From: Candidatus Latescibacterota bacterium
GTDB taxonomy: Bacteria; Latescibacterota; UBA2968; UBA8231
Assembly (NCBI GenBank): GCA_965248355.1
Contig: OZ252098.1
Location: forward strand, 928,001 to 992,000
Direction of reading: 5' to 3'
DNA: 64,000 nucleotides
Part shown: piece after piece, positions 37,244-46,923 of the stretch
Position numbering within the stretch: the stretch's first letter is position 1
How the letters are laid out: the number at the start of each line of letters is the position of its first letter
Program-made: the position numbers and the translations under genes
The notes under the pieces: generated by a model
Told to the model about the DNA's origin: nothing
Seen by the model: the letters and a program-made list of their open reading frames with translations, nothing else
The model's database searches: none

Positions 37244-38643
37244 CAGATCACCTCCACTTCCAGGTCGTCGAACCAGGAGGTGCCGGCGCCGTCCTGGCGC
37301 AGGACGATCTCCACGGCGCTGACCTCCGGCGGGGAAGGTCCCCGGATCTCGACGGCCAGGCGGGTCCAGTCCCGGGTTCCCGTGAGACGCTCGGAGCAGA
37401 CCAGGGGATAGCGCTCCGGGTGGTTGTAGATGATCCAGCGCAGGGCCAGGCAGGAGCCCCGGCCGGAGACGGATTCGGTGCGAACCCAGAGGGCGACCCG
37501 GAAGCCGGTGTTCTCCCGCCAGCGCTGGGTGAAGGCGCCCTCGCCCTCGCGGTCCATCGACCATTCGGTGACCCCGTCGGCCTCGCGGTGGATCTTCAGC
37601 GAGCAGTCGTCGCTGCGGCCGTGGTCCCGGCACCACTCGGCGCCGTCGCCGGCGGGCAGCCACGGCCAGGGATCGAGCTCGCCGGCGGGCCGGTCGAGTC
37701 GCAGGGGCTTCTCGAAGCTCGACCGGCGCTCGTACCGCGGCAGCTCGCGGAAGCCGGCGAACTCCACGGGGGGCACGGGCTCGGCTCGGCGGCGAAGCTC
37801 CGCCCCCTTGTCGTCCGGGCACAGGCGGATGCGGAAGCGCTCGCAGATCGGCTCGTACAGCTCCTCGGCCCGATAGCGGGAGCTCAGGTGGATGTCGTAG
37901 CCCCAGTTGCACACAGAGGCCGAGGTTCTCCCCGCGGTATCCCCGAGGAACTCGAAGGCCGGGTTGTGGCCGGGGTCCGCGGCCAGCACGAAGAGGCCGC
38001 CATCGCGGAAGGACCGTGGGCCGGGAATGCCGGTAGCCATGTGGTTGAGGGGCATCTGCCATACCGTGCCGTCGGCGGGCTCGGCGAGCAGGTGGGTATA
38101 GCCGTGCGGGGTCCAGGCCCCCTCGAAGGCGACGGTGGGAGCGGGCACGTCGCAATACCAGGGGTCGCTGTACTCGAAGGAGACCCGCTCCACGCCGGGC
38201 CGGTGAAAGACCTCCGGGCTGTGCAGCTCCAGGTGGCAGGCGAAATCGTACACGTAGGAGCCCAGATCCTCGTCCCAGGTGATGGTGAGGACGCGGCGGG
38301 ACGTGGCGACGCCGCCGGGGTCGGCGGTGGTCACGGCCAGGGTGAGGCGGTCGCTGCCGCGCCCGCCGACGGTGACCTCCTTCAGCTCGGTGGTGATGAT
38401 GTGGCCATCGAAGTTCCAGAACAGCTGCGTCCCGGCCACCAGGGCACGCCCGCCGGGAGAGAGAGTGAGATCGCGGAGCACGACGGGTCGGAGGTTGCGG
38501 TCGAAATAGCGCAGGTTCTGCTCCGGCTGCTCGACGACGGCCCGCTCGAGCCGGGCGATCGGTTCCCCACCGTCGCAGATCCATTCCTCCCCGGCCGTCA
38601 CGCCGCCGCGGGTCACAAGGTCGAAGCGGCTCCGGTGGGCCAT
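37243..38643 (-). CDS. Hypothetical protein with C-terminal carbohydrate-binding-module-like beta-sandwich
   Basis: 466-aa ORF with genome-typical codon usage; C-terminus (CSLKI...WVRTE.V.G...LTGT.DWT.L....GTSWFDDLEV) resembles CBM4/9-like folds. Confidence 0.6.
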   Translation of the reverse strand: MAHRSRFDLVTRGGVTAGEEWICDGGEPIARLERAVVEQPEQNLRYFDRNLRPVVLRDLTLSPGGRALVAGTQLFWNFDGHIITTELKEVTVGGRGSDRLTLAVTTADPGGVATSRRVLTITWDEDLGSYVYDFACHLELHSPEVFHRPGVERVSFEYSDPWYCDVPAPTVAFEGAWTPHGYTHLLAEPADGTVWQMPLNHMATGIPGPRSFRDGGLFVLAADPGHNPAFEFLGDTAGRTSASVCNWGYDIHLSSRYRAEELYEPICERFRIRLCPDDKGAELRRRAEPVPPVEFAGFRELPRYERRSSFEKPLRLDRPAGELDPWPWLPAGDGAEWCRDHGRSDDCSLKIHREADGVTEWSMDREGEGAFTQRWRENTGFRVALWVRTESVSGRGSCLALRWIIYNHPERYPLVCSERLTGTRDWTRLAVEIRGPSPPEVSAVEIVLRQDGAGTSWFDDLEVEVI

Positions 38644-38801
38644 GGAAGATCCCTTTGAGTTCGGGTGGATGGCAGGCGTACGCGAACAAGGCCGGTCCCG
38701 TCGGGGCCGGTCTTTTGGGGAGGCCGCAAGATATCCTCGACTCAGCGGAGCGGCAACCGACTCGATTGACAGGACCGGCGCACCGGGTCTTCGTATACGC
38801 C

Positions 38802-39632
38802 ATGACGATCATCGATCCCCATACCCACGTCTGGGTCAATGACCCGCGCTTTCCCTGGCCCGCCGAGAACCCCGCTCCGCCCGCCGAGGACCGGACGGCC
38901 GAGATGCTCCTCGAGGAGATGGCCGCCCACGGGGTGGAGAAGACGGTGCTGGTGCAGGTGATCCACTACCGGTGGGACAACCGCTACGTCGTCGATGTCA
39001 TCGGGCGCTACCCGGACAGGTTCATGGCCGTGGGCCGGATCAACCCCGAGGACCCGGCGGCGGCGGACCATCTCAGCGAGTGGACGGAGCAGGGCCTCCA
39101 CGGCGTGCGCCTGAGTCCGTCCGTCGACCCTTCGGGGGACTGGTTCGCCGACCCTGCGAAGATGAACCCCGTCTTCGCGCGGGCCGAGTCCCTCGGAGTG
39201 CCCCTGCTGCTGTTGACGCGGCCGCCGCGGCTGCGCGATCTGGTGCCCCTCCTCGACCGCCACCCGGATCTCGACCTCGTCATCGACCACATGGCCGATG
39301 TCCATCCCGACGACGCCGAGGGACGCCGGCTCCTGACCGATCTCGCGAGATACCAACGGGTCTACGTGAAGATCAGCCACACCTGGTCGATCTCCGGAGA
39401 AGGCTTCCCGTGGGTCGACACCCACGGCCTGGTGGAGCAGGTCTACCAGAGCTTCGGGGCCCGGCGCATCATGTGGGGCACGGACTGGCCGGTCTGCCTG
39501 AGCAAGGCGGAGTACGGCCAGACCCTGTCCGTGGTCCGCGACCACATGAGCGCCTTCATCGCCCCCGAAGACATGGAGTGGGTCCTGGGCCGGACCGTCC
39601 TTCGGCTCTGGCCCTTCAAAGAAGGGGAGTGA
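38802..39632 (+). CDS. Amidohydrolase_2 family protein (sugar-lactonase-like)
   Basis: IDPHTHVW, VLVQ, DN.Y, GVRL, IDHMA, VKIS, FG..RIMWGTDWP. Confidence 0.88.
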   Translation: MTIIDPHTHVWVNDPRFPWPAENPAPPAEDRTAEMLLEEMAAHGVEKTVLVQVIHYRWDNRYVVDVIGRYPDRFMAVGRINPEDPAAADHLSEWTEQGLHGVRLSPSVDPSGDWFADPAKMNPVFARAESLGVPLLLLTRPPRLRDLVPLLDRHPDLDLVIDHMADVHPDDAEGRRLLTDLARYQRVYVKISHTWSISGEGFPWVDTHGLVEQVYQSFGARRIMWGTDWPVCLSKAEYGQTLSVVRDHMSAFIAPEDMEWVLGRTVLRLWPFKEGE

Positions 39633-39635
39633 CCC

Positions 39636-40505
39636 ATGCTGAAGATCGGCATGGTGGGCGCCGAGAACAGCCACACCCTGGCCATCGCCAAGGTGCTCAA
39701 CGTCGACAAGCGGCTTCGGGGCGTGCGCGCCACCCACGTGTGGGGGGAGACGCGCCGCTACGCCCGGGAAGCGGCGGAGGCCGGCCAGATCCCGTGCATC
39801 GTCACCCGTCCGGAGGAGATGATCGGCGAGGTCGACGCCATCGTGGTGGACCACCGCCACGGCAAGTTCCACCTGCTGGCGGCCCAACCCTTCCTCGAGA
39901 CCCGGGTGCCCATGTTCATCGACAAGCCGTTCTGCTGCCGGCGGGCCGAAGGGCGGCGGTTCCTGGCCCGGGCTCGTGAGCTGGAAGTGCCGGTCTGCTC
40001 GTTCTCGACGCTGCCGAAGCAGCAGGCCTTCCGCGACCTGAAGCGGATCTCCGCCAAGCTGGGGCCGATTCACACCGTGGTCTCCACCGGCCCCTGCGAC
40101 ATACGCTCGAAGTGGGGCGGAATCTTCTTCTACGGCATCCACCAGGTCGACTTGATCCTCCGGCTCGTGGGCTACGACTTCTACCGGGTGCAGATGGTCA
40201 AGGGGGCGGGCGCCAACCACAGCGCCAGCATTCTCTTCCGATCCGGTACGGTGGCGACCATGAACCTCATCGGCGAAGGCACCCCCGGTTTCCACCTCTC
40301 CGTGATCGGGGAGGGCGGGAGGGTGGATCAGCCGATCCCCATGGACGAGAGTCCGTACCTGACGGGAGTCCGCGACTTCGTGCGCATGTTCAAGACGGGG
40401 GAGACGGAGGAGACGGAGCAGACCATGCTCGGGCCCGTGGCCGCGCTCGAGTCGCTGGAGAAGTCGGTGGCCAAGCCCTTCGCACGCGTGGGGGCCGGGA
40501 TCTGA
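39636..40505 (+). CDS. Gfo/Idh/MocA-family oxidoreductase
   Basis: KIGMVG..NSH, VDAI.V, FIDKP, FYGIH. Confidence 0.82.
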   Translation: MLKIGMVGAENSHTLAIAKVLNVDKRLRGVRATHVWGETRRYAREAAEAGQIPCIVTRPEEMIGEVDAIVVDHRHGKFHLLAAQPFLETRVPMFIDKPFCCRRAEGRRFLARARELEVPVCSFSTLPKQQAFRDLKRISAKLGPIHTVVSTGPCDIRSKWGGIFFYGIHQVDLILRLVGYDFYRVQMVKGAGANHSASILFRSGTVATMNLIGEGTPGFHLSVIGEGGRVDQPIPMDESPYLTGVRDFVRMFKTGETEETEQTMLGPVAALESLEKSVAKPFARVGAGI

Positions 40506-40518
40506 ACGGGAGCAAGGG

Positions 40519-41652
40519 ATGACGGACTGGCAGTTGAAATCCGAGCGGGAGACGCGCTACGACGCCGTCTCTCTCGGCGAGATCCTGATGCGCATCGATC
40601 CCGGTGACGTGCCCACGGCGCGGGCCCGGACGGCGCGCATCTGGCACGGCGGGGGAGAGACCAACGTCACCGAGGGCCTGAGCTATTGCTTCGGTCTGCG
40701 CACCGCCGTGATCACCGCCCTCGTGGACGACGGCATCGGCCGCAACATCGAGAACCAGCTGCGCGAGGCGGGCATCGACACGGGCCACATCATCTGGTTC
40801 AGCACCTCGGGCAAGGGGGAGCACGCCACCGACGGCAAGGGCACGCTGCACAACGGCATCAACTTCACCTGGTCCGGCAAGGGGGTGCTGCCGTCGATCA
40901 CCGAATACTACCGGGCCCACACCCCGGTCCGCGAGATCGGCCCCGGCCACGTGGACTGGGACCATCTCTTCGGCGAGCTGGGCACGCGCTGGTTCAGCAC
41001 GGGCGGCATCTACACCCTGTTGTCGAAGAACACGGCCGCCCTGGCCCTGGAGGCGATGACCAGGGCGGGGGAGCACGGCGCCGGACGCTCCTTCGACCTC
41101 AACTACCGGTCGAAGGTGGAGCCGGACAAGGACCGGGCCCGCGAGATCAATCGCGGCATCGTGCCCCATGTCGACTTCCTCGTGGGCAACCAGGACGACT
41201 TCGACGACGCCCTGGGGTACGAGACCGAGTCCGTCGACAAGCAGGCCCCCTTCGACGAATGGCTCGAGATCTATGCGGGGATGCTCCGGCGGGTATCGAC
41301 GGACTACCCGAATCTGAGGTTCATCGGCACCCAGTTGCGCGGAGCCCTGTCGGCGGACCGCATCCACTGGGGGGCCGTGCTCTACGAGGTCGCCACCGAC
41401 ACCGTGCACCAGGCGGCGGTGCGGACGGACGTGGAGATCGCCGACCGTACCGGCGGGGGGGACTCCTTTGCCTCGGGTGTCATCGCGGCGCTGCTGAAGG
41501 GACGGGACCCGGCCGAGGCCGTGCAGTGGGGGGCCGCCCACGGCATCCTGGTGCAGGAGACGGTGGGCGACACCTCCATGGTCACTCAGTCGGACGTGGA
41601 GAAGGAGGTGGACCGGGCGCTGAAGGGCGGAGGCGTATCCGCTCTGCGCTGA
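40519..41652 (+). CDS. PfkB-family sugar kinase (2-keto-3-deoxygluconate kinase-like)
   Basis: SLGEILMR.DP, GGGE.NV, SFDLNYR, GNQDD, DRTGGGDSFASG. Confidence 0.9.
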   Translation: MTDWQLKSERETRYDAVSLGEILMRIDPGDVPTARARTARIWHGGGETNVTEGLSYCFGLRTAVITALVDDGIGRNIENQLREAGIDTGHIIWFSTSGKGEHATDGKGTLHNGINFTWSGKGVLPSITEYYRAHTPVREIGPGHVDWDHLFGELGTRWFSTGGIYTLLSKNTAALALEAMTRAGEHGAGRSFDLNYRSKVEPDKDRAREINRGIVPHVDFLVGNQDDFDDALGYETESVDKQAPFDEWLEIYAGMLRRVSTDYPNLRFIGTQLRGALSADRIHWGAVLYEVATDTVHQAAVRTDVEIADRTGGGDSFASGVIAALLKGRDPAEAVQWGAAHGILVQETVGDTSMVTQSDVEKEVDRALKGGGVSALR

Positions 41653-41695
41653 CCGCTGCCTGGCGCACTCACGGCCCGGACGGCCGCCGGGATCG

Positions 41696-42919
41696 ATGAC
41701 CGACCGGGGTTACGAAGGCTGGCGGCGCAACTTCTACACCCTCTGGGCGGCGGAGCTGACGGCCATCATCGGCTTTCAGGCGATGCAGCCCTTTCTGCCC
41801 TACTACATCCAGGAATTCGAAGTCGGCGACTTGTCCGAGGCCCTGGTCTGGGCGGGTCGCATGGGCACGTCGGCCGGCTTGGCCATGGCGGTTTCCGCGC
41901 CCGTCTGGGGTACCCTCGCCGATCGCTACGGGCGCAAGCCCATGGTCGTGCGCTCCATGCTTGGCGGCGGTCTCAGCGTCGTGCTCATGGCCTACGTGGC
42001 CAGCGTCGAGCTGCTCCTGCTGGCCCGGGTTCTCCAGGGGATCCTCGCCGGCACGGTCACGGCCTGCCTGACCCTGGTCTCCACTTCGACCCCCCGGGCC
42101 CATCTCGGCTTCGCCCTCGGCCTGATGCAGGGCGCCTTCATGCTCGGCGCCTCCGTGGGGCCCCTGGTCGGAGGGCCCATGATCCAGGTCTTCGGCTACC
42201 GGTACTGCTTCCTCGTCTCGGGCGGCCTCGTCGTGCTGGCCGGGCTCTGCGTCCAACTCCAGGTGCGCGAGGACTTCCAACGTTCCCGGTCCGTAGAGAG
42301 TTCCTCGCGCTACCGCCTGCCCGGACGCGACATGGCGCGGCTTCTTTCCATACGTCCCTTCCTGGTGCTCGTGGCGACGGTCACCTCCATGTCCTTCGCC
42401 TTCGGCTTCATCATGCCCGTGGTGCCCCTCTTCCTGCAGAAACTGGCGGGCGGCCGGGACATCCTGTCCCTTGCCGGCCTGATCTTCGGCCTGGGTGGGC
42501 TGGTGGGGGCCTTGTCCTCGGCGGTCATGGGCCGATTCTCCGATCGTCTCGGCCCGCGCCGGGTGCTGGTGGGCGGTCTCTGGGCGGCGGGCGCCATCTA
42601 CTTTGCCCAGGGATTCTCGACCACCGTATGGATGCTCGGGACGCTGGTCATCCTCAATGGCGTGGCCACCGGGTCGGTGCGGCCCGTGGCGAACTCGGTG
42701 CTGACGCGGATCATCGATGAACAGGACCGCGGCAAGGCCTTCGGGGTCATGTCCAGCCTGGCCGCCCTGGGCTGGGCCCTCGGCCCCCTGGCCGGCAGCC
42801 ACCTGGGAGCGGAACTCGGGTTCCGGTCGGTCTTCTACGCGACCTCCGTGCTCTTTCTCATCGTCGGCGGCTGGGCCTGGTTGGCCATGGGCCGTGACCG
42901 GAAAGGATGGAACCGATGA
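41696..42919 (+). CDS. MFS transporter (MdtG-like)
   Basis: W.RN...LW, PFLP.YI, PVWG.LADRYGRKPM..RS, about 12 TM segments, GRFSDRLG. Confidence 0.9.
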   Translation: MTDRGYEGWRRNFYTLWAAELTAIIGFQAMQPFLPYYIQEFEVGDLSEALVWAGRMGTSAGLAMAVSAPVWGTLADRYGRKPMVVRSMLGGGLSVVLMAYVASVELLLLARVLQGILAGTVTACLTLVSTSTPRAHLGFALGLMQGAFMLGASVGPLVGGPMIQVFGYRYCFLVSGGLVVLAGLCVQLQVREDFQRSRSVESSSRYRLPGRDMARLLSIRPFLVLVATVTSMSFAFGFIMPVVPLFLQKLAGGRDILSLAGLIFGLGGLVGALSSAVMGRFSDRLGPRRVLVGGLWAAGAIYFAQGFSTTVWMLGTLVILNGVATGSVRPVANSVLTRIIDEQDRGKAFGVMSSLAALGWALGPLAGSHLGAELGFRSVFYATSVLFLIVGGWAWLAMGRDRKGWNR

Positions 42920-43926
42920 GTCGTCCCAGGGTGCTGGTGGATCCCGGACCGTATGCGACCGAGGAGGACTGGAAGCGGCTGGAGGAGGTGGCCGAGGTGG
43001 TGCGCGTCACCGAGGAGCGGGACGAAGCCGGCCTGATCGATGATCTGGATGGATGCGCCGGCCTGATCGCGCAGGGGGGGAGACTTCCGCCGCTCACCGA
43101 GACGGTCTTCCGCGCCCGTGCCGGACTGCGGATCGTCGGTGTACGGGGGGATCGTTTCGGCACCGGGGTCGATCTGCCGGCGGCTCACGAGCAGGGCGTG
43201 CGCGTCATCGATACCGACAATATCTCCTCCGCGCCTCCCGTGGCCGAATGGGACCTGGCCATGATGCTGATCTGCCTGCGAAACGCCGGCGCCGTGTACC
43301 GGCAGATGATGGCCGGCACCGAGACCTGGGCCGTGGCCGGCAACCAGGGGTTCGTCCACGGCGAGTTGACCGGGAAGCGCGTGGGCCTCGTAGGCTGCGG
43401 GCACGTCGGGCAGCGCCTGATCGAGTTGCTGGCGCCCTTCCGCGTCGACCTGCTGGTCAGCGATCCCTATCTGGAGGAGGAGGTCGCCGGGCGGCTGCGG
43501 ATCCGCCGGGGCCGCCTGGAGGAGGTCCTCGACCACGCCGAGATCCTCGTGGTGCAGGTGCCGCACACACCGAGGACGGAGGGACTCATCGGCGCCGCCG
43601 AGCTGGAGCGGCTGGGCGACGGCAGGATCCTCGTCAACTGCAGCCGGGGCAAGGTGATCGACCAGCAGGCGTTGATCGCGCGGCTGCAGACGGGGCGGCT
43701 CATCGCCGGACTGGACGTCTTCGACCCCGAGCCCCTGCCCGCCGACAGCGTCCTGCGCCGCCTGCCCAACGTGTTCTGCACCCCGCATATCGCCTGGTAC
43801 GCGCCCCACGTCTTCTACCGCTACTTCGGCAGTCTCGTGGACGAGTTCGTTCGCTTCTTCATCGGGGGCGAGCTGCGCTGCGAGTTGACCCAACGGATGG
43901 TGGACATCCGGCACGGCCGGCTGTAG
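42916..43926 (+). CDS. D-isomer-specific 2-hydroxyacid dehydrogenase family
   Basis: VAE, GKRVGLVGCGHVG, P.TP.TEGLI, VNCSRG, AGLDVF.PEP, TPHIA. Confidence 0.9.
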   Translation: MSRPRVLVDPGPYATEEDWKRLEEVAEVVRVTEERDEAGLIDDLDGCAGLIAQGGRLPPLTETVFRARAGLRIVGVRGDRFGTGVDLPAAHEQGVRVIDTDNISSAPPVAEWDLAMMLICLRNAGAVYRQMMAGTETWAVAGNQGFVHGELTGKRVGLVGCGHVGQRLIELLAPFRVDLLVSDPYLEEEVAGRLRIRRGRLEEVLDHAEILVVQVPHTPRTEGLIGAAELERLGDGRILVNCSRGKVIDQQALIARLQTGRLIAGLDVFDPEPLPADSVLRRLPNVFCTPHIAWYAPHVFYRYFGSLVDEFVRFFIGGELRCELTQRMVDIRHGRL

Positions 43927-43946
43927 CTCCGCGGAGTACACGAAGA

Positions 43947-43984
43947 AGGGGAGGCGCTCCCGGGCTTCCGGGAACGCCTCCCCT
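43947..43984. terminator. GC-rich hairpin between convergent genes (likely bidirectional terminator)
   Basis: AGGGGAGGCG-CTCCCGG-GCTT-CCGGGAA-CGCCTCCCCT inverted repeat; no clear U tract. Confidence 0.55.
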
Positions 43985-44003
43985 GTGATGAAAGGCCGCG
44001 GAC

Positions 44004-44987
44004 TCAGCGCTTCCTGGCCTTCGCCTTGCCCTTCGCCTTTGCGGCCTTCCGCCCTTTGGCTGACTTCTTCGCCGCCTTGGATCTGGCCCAGGCGCGGCCG
44101 GGGAAGGTGAGCTCGGCAACGCCGGACTTGTCGAGCTCGCCCTTGCCCAGGGCGATCATGCGGTCGAACTGGGCCTTCGTCCGGCGCGCCAGGGGCAGGT
44201 CCAGGCCTTTCTGCCGGGCCAGGCCCAGGGCGATGCCGGAGTCCTTGGCCGCGTGAGCGGCGGAGAAGTAGCACTCGTGGTCGCGGGCGACCATGTCCTC
44301 GCCGTCCGTCTCCAGGACGCGGGAGTTGGCGCCGGTCTGGGAGAACACCTCCATCAGGATCCCCAGATCGAGGCCCAGTGCCTTGCCGAGCCCCAACCCT
44401 TCGGCGAGTCCGGCGGTGTTGATGTTCATCACCATGTTGACCAAGGCCTTCACCTGGGCCGCCTGGCCGGTGGAGCCGATGTAGCGCAGATTGACGCTCA
44501 TGCTGTCGAGGAGCGGGTGGCAGCGGTCGAAGACGCTCTGCTGGCCGCCGCACATCAGGTACAGGGTCCCGTCGCGCGCCTGGGTGATGGAGCTGGCCAT
44601 GCAGCCTTCGAGGGTGCTGGCTCCCGCCTTGGCCGCCCGTTTCTCCACCAGCACGTGCGTGTCGGGTGAGATGGTGGCGCAGTTGATGAAGGTCTTGCCC
44701 GCGGCGCCCTGCAGGAGGCTGTCGCCGCGCTCCGCGAAGATCGACTTCATGGCGCGGTCGTCGGTGACCACGGTGATGATGTAGTCCGCGGAGGCTGCGA
44801 CGTCGGCCAGCTTCGAGGCGGCCCTGGCTTCCAGCTCTCTCGCGACGGAGGCCGCCAGCCGCGCGTGGACGTCGTAGACGACGGTGACGGGGAAGCCGTC
44901 GTCCTTCAGGTGGCGGGCGATGTTGGCGCCCATGCGGCCCACTCCGACGACTCCCACGGAGTAGTCGGCCTTGTTCAGGCTTGGCAT
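44004..44987 (-). CDS. NAD(P)-dependent beta-hydroxyacid dehydrogenase (3-hydroxyisobutyrate/tartronate semialdehyde reductase family)
   Basis: VGVVGVGRMG.NIA, NCATISP, A.DGTL..M.GG, VKALVN, KD..IAL. Confidence 0.9.
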   Translation of the reverse strand: MPSLNKADYSVGVVGVGRMGANIARHLKDDGFPVTVVYDVHARLAASVARELEARAASKLADVAASADYIITVVTDDRAMKSIFAERGDSLLQGAAGKTFINCATISPDTHVLVEKRAAKAGASTLEGCMASSITQARDGTLYLMCGGQQSVFDRCHPLLDSMSVNLRYIGSTGQAAQVKALVNMVMNINTAGLAEGLGLGKALGLDLGILMEVFSQTGANSRVLETDGEDMVARDHECYFSAAHAAKDSGIALGLARQKGLDLPLARRTKAQFDRMIALGKGELDKSGVAELTFPGRAWARSKAAKKSAKGRKAAKAKGKAKARKR

Positions 44988-45162
44988 CTTTCTCGTGGCT
45001 CCTGGCTCACAGGTGCGGTGGGAGGGGGGGGGATCCGGGGGCCGGGAAGATAACTTTCCCCTGTACGGGGCACAACGAGACGAAGCCCTGCGGCTCGAGT
45101 CCCGCCGACCGCCGCCCAGATCCATCTGGACACTCGGAAAGGTCCCGGTTACCTTAGCCGCC

Positions 45163-45966
45163 ATGAAGATCGGACCCACACAGATCATCCTGCCGGACAT
45201 GAGCCTGGAGGGCACCCTCTCCCTGTGCGCCGAGGCCGGGTACGACGCGGTGGAGCTCACCTTTACGGCGTCGGGCAAGGACCTGAACGTCGAGATGAGC
45301 GACGACGAGCTCGCCGCCGTGGCCAGCCGCTGTGCCGAGGCCGGGGTCACCATCGCCGCCTCGATCGCGCACTACGCGGACCGCGGCAACCTGATGAGCC
45401 GCGACCCGGCCGAGCGCCGGGCCTGCAGCCGATGCCTGGCCCGCTCCGTCGAGATCGCCGGCCGGATCGGCACCGACGCCGTCCTCCTGCATCCGGGGCA
45501 GCTTCAGGTGGAGGGGACCTATTCGGAGGCCTGGGACGATCTCGTGGGGGCCCTGCGGGACCTGGCGCCGCTGGCCGAGCGCCACCGGGCGGCGATCGCC
45601 GTGGAGAACGTGTGGAACAAGCTCATGCTCAGCCCCCGGGAGGCGGTTCAGCTGACCGACGAGGTCGGCAGTGACTGGGTCGGAATCTATCTCGATACGG
45701 CGAACATGATGGCCTACGGATACCCCGAGCACTGGATCCGGGATCTCGGGGGCCGCATCAAGAAGGTGCACCTGAAGGACTTCGACCGGGGCAGCGGGAG
45801 GTTCGTCGACCTGATGGACGGAGATACCGACTGGCCGACGGTGATCGCCGGGCTGCGGGCCATAGGCTACGACGGCACCCTGATCCACGAGGTCGGCGGT
45901 GATCGGTCCAAGCAGTTCGAGATGGCCCGGCGCATGCGCCGCATCCTGACCGGTGAGAGGACGTGA
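45163..45966 (+). CDS. Sugar phosphate isomerase/epimerase (xylose-isomerase-like TIM barrel)
   Basis: AGYDAVEL, AVENVWN, YLDTAN, VHLKD, GD.DW, GYDG.L..E. Confidence 0.88.
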   Translation: MKIGPTQIILPDMSLEGTLSLCAEAGYDAVELTFTASGKDLNVEMSDDELAAVASRCAEAGVTIAASIAHYADRGNLMSRDPAERRACSRCLARSVEIAGRIGTDAVLLHPGQLQVEGTYSEAWDDLVGALRDLAPLAERHRAAIAVENVWNKLMLSPREAVQLTDEVGSDWVGIYLDTANMMAYGYPEHWIRDLGGRIKKVHLKDFDRGSGRFVDLMDGDTDWPTVIAGLRAIGYDGTLIHEVGGDRSKQFEMARRMRRILTGERT

Positions 45967-46691
45967 GCGGGATCTATCTGAGGAACTGGCGCGACTTCCA
46001 GCCGAAGATCGCCCATCTGAGCGCCGTCCACTGGGGCGGGCTCAGGTCCGCGGAGAGGGACTCCGAGGACGACCGCGACCGGCTCGAGCGGCTGGGTGGC
46101 TTCGCCCGGCACGCGCTCCAGGGCCGGAAGACCTCCGATCATCACAAGCACCAGAACCAGGAGCAGGTCTACTACGTGCTGTCAGGGGCGGGAGAGGTGC
46201 TCTACGACCGACGCCGGTACGCGGTGGAGGCCGGCGACGCCATCTACCTGCCCTCCGGCGTCCACCACCAGATGTTCAACGACGCCAGCGACGACTGGCT
46301 CGAGCATCACGTGATCTCGCAGCCGGTGGACGGCAACGGTGGACGCTTCTGCGTCCGCCACTGGCGGCAGGCGGCTCCCGCCGGCGATGGGAGCGGCGCC
46401 GTGCGCTGGCGGCAGCTGGGCCCGGAAGACGGCCAGGGCCCGGGGGCCTGTCTGCGCGGCATGGCCTCCATCGACCGCTGGGCGGTACAACCGCGCAGCG
46501 CCAGCGCCGAGCACGTCGAGGAGGAACTGGAACTGGTCTGCTATGTGCTCGGCGGCCGTGGCATGTTGCACGCGGCCGGATCGGAGCACGAGGTCACCGA
46601 GGGCGATATGATCCACCTGCCGCCGGGCACCCGGCATGGCGTGCGCAATCCCCACGATGAGTGGGTGGCCTACCTCGTGATGGCCGCCTGA
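45963..46691 (+). CDS. Bicupin protein
   Basis: HHKH.NQEQVYYVLSG.G...GDAIYLP.GVHH and a second cupin EELELVCYVLGG.G...GDMIHLPPG.RH. Confidence 0.82.
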   Translation: MSGIYLRNWRDFQPKIAHLSAVHWGGLRSAERDSEDDRDRLERLGGFARHALQGRKTSDHHKHQNQEQVYYVLSGAGEVLYDRRRYAVEAGDAIYLPSGVHHQMFNDASDDWLEHHVISQPVDGNGGRFCVRHWRQAAPAGDGSGAVRWRQLGPEDGQGPGACLRGMASIDRWAVQPRSASAEHVEEELELVCYVLGGRGMLHAAGSEHEVTEGDMIHLPPGTRHGVRNPHDEWVAYLVMAA

Positions 46692-46692
46692 G

Positions 46693-46923
46693 ATGCCCCC
46701 GGAAACGGCTGAGTTGCATCGAGCCCTCAAGGGGTTGATGGCCGCCATCTCCAGCGGCGACGGAGAGGCCCTGCGCAGAGGCCTCGCGGAAGTCGACCGC
46801 CGACGCGACGCTCTGGGCGAGGACGCCCCGTCGATGCTACGGCACTACCTCGAGAGGCGCAGTTACGAGAAGGCCATCGCCTTTCTCGAGGGTCGTGACG
46901 GGAGCGTCGGGGCCGAGGGCTGA
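46693..46923 (+). CDS. Small conserved hypothetical protein
   Basis: Helical 76-aa ORF in operon context with L.HYLERRSY.KA..FL motif. Confidence 0.6.
   Translation: MPPETAELHRALKGLMAAISSGDGEALRRGLAEVDRRRDALGEDAPSMLRHYLERRSYEKAIAFLEGRDGSVGAEG

Noticed and set aside
38766..38799. TTGACA...TATACG promoter before the amidohydrolase
   Set aside because: The spacer is 22 bp and the -10-like box is only 2 nt from the ATG, so the geometry does not fit
37244..38839. 1052-aa ORF implying a fused D-aminoacylase
   Set aside because: The upstream part is an off-frame reading of the 466-aa gene; the deacylase starts at 37243
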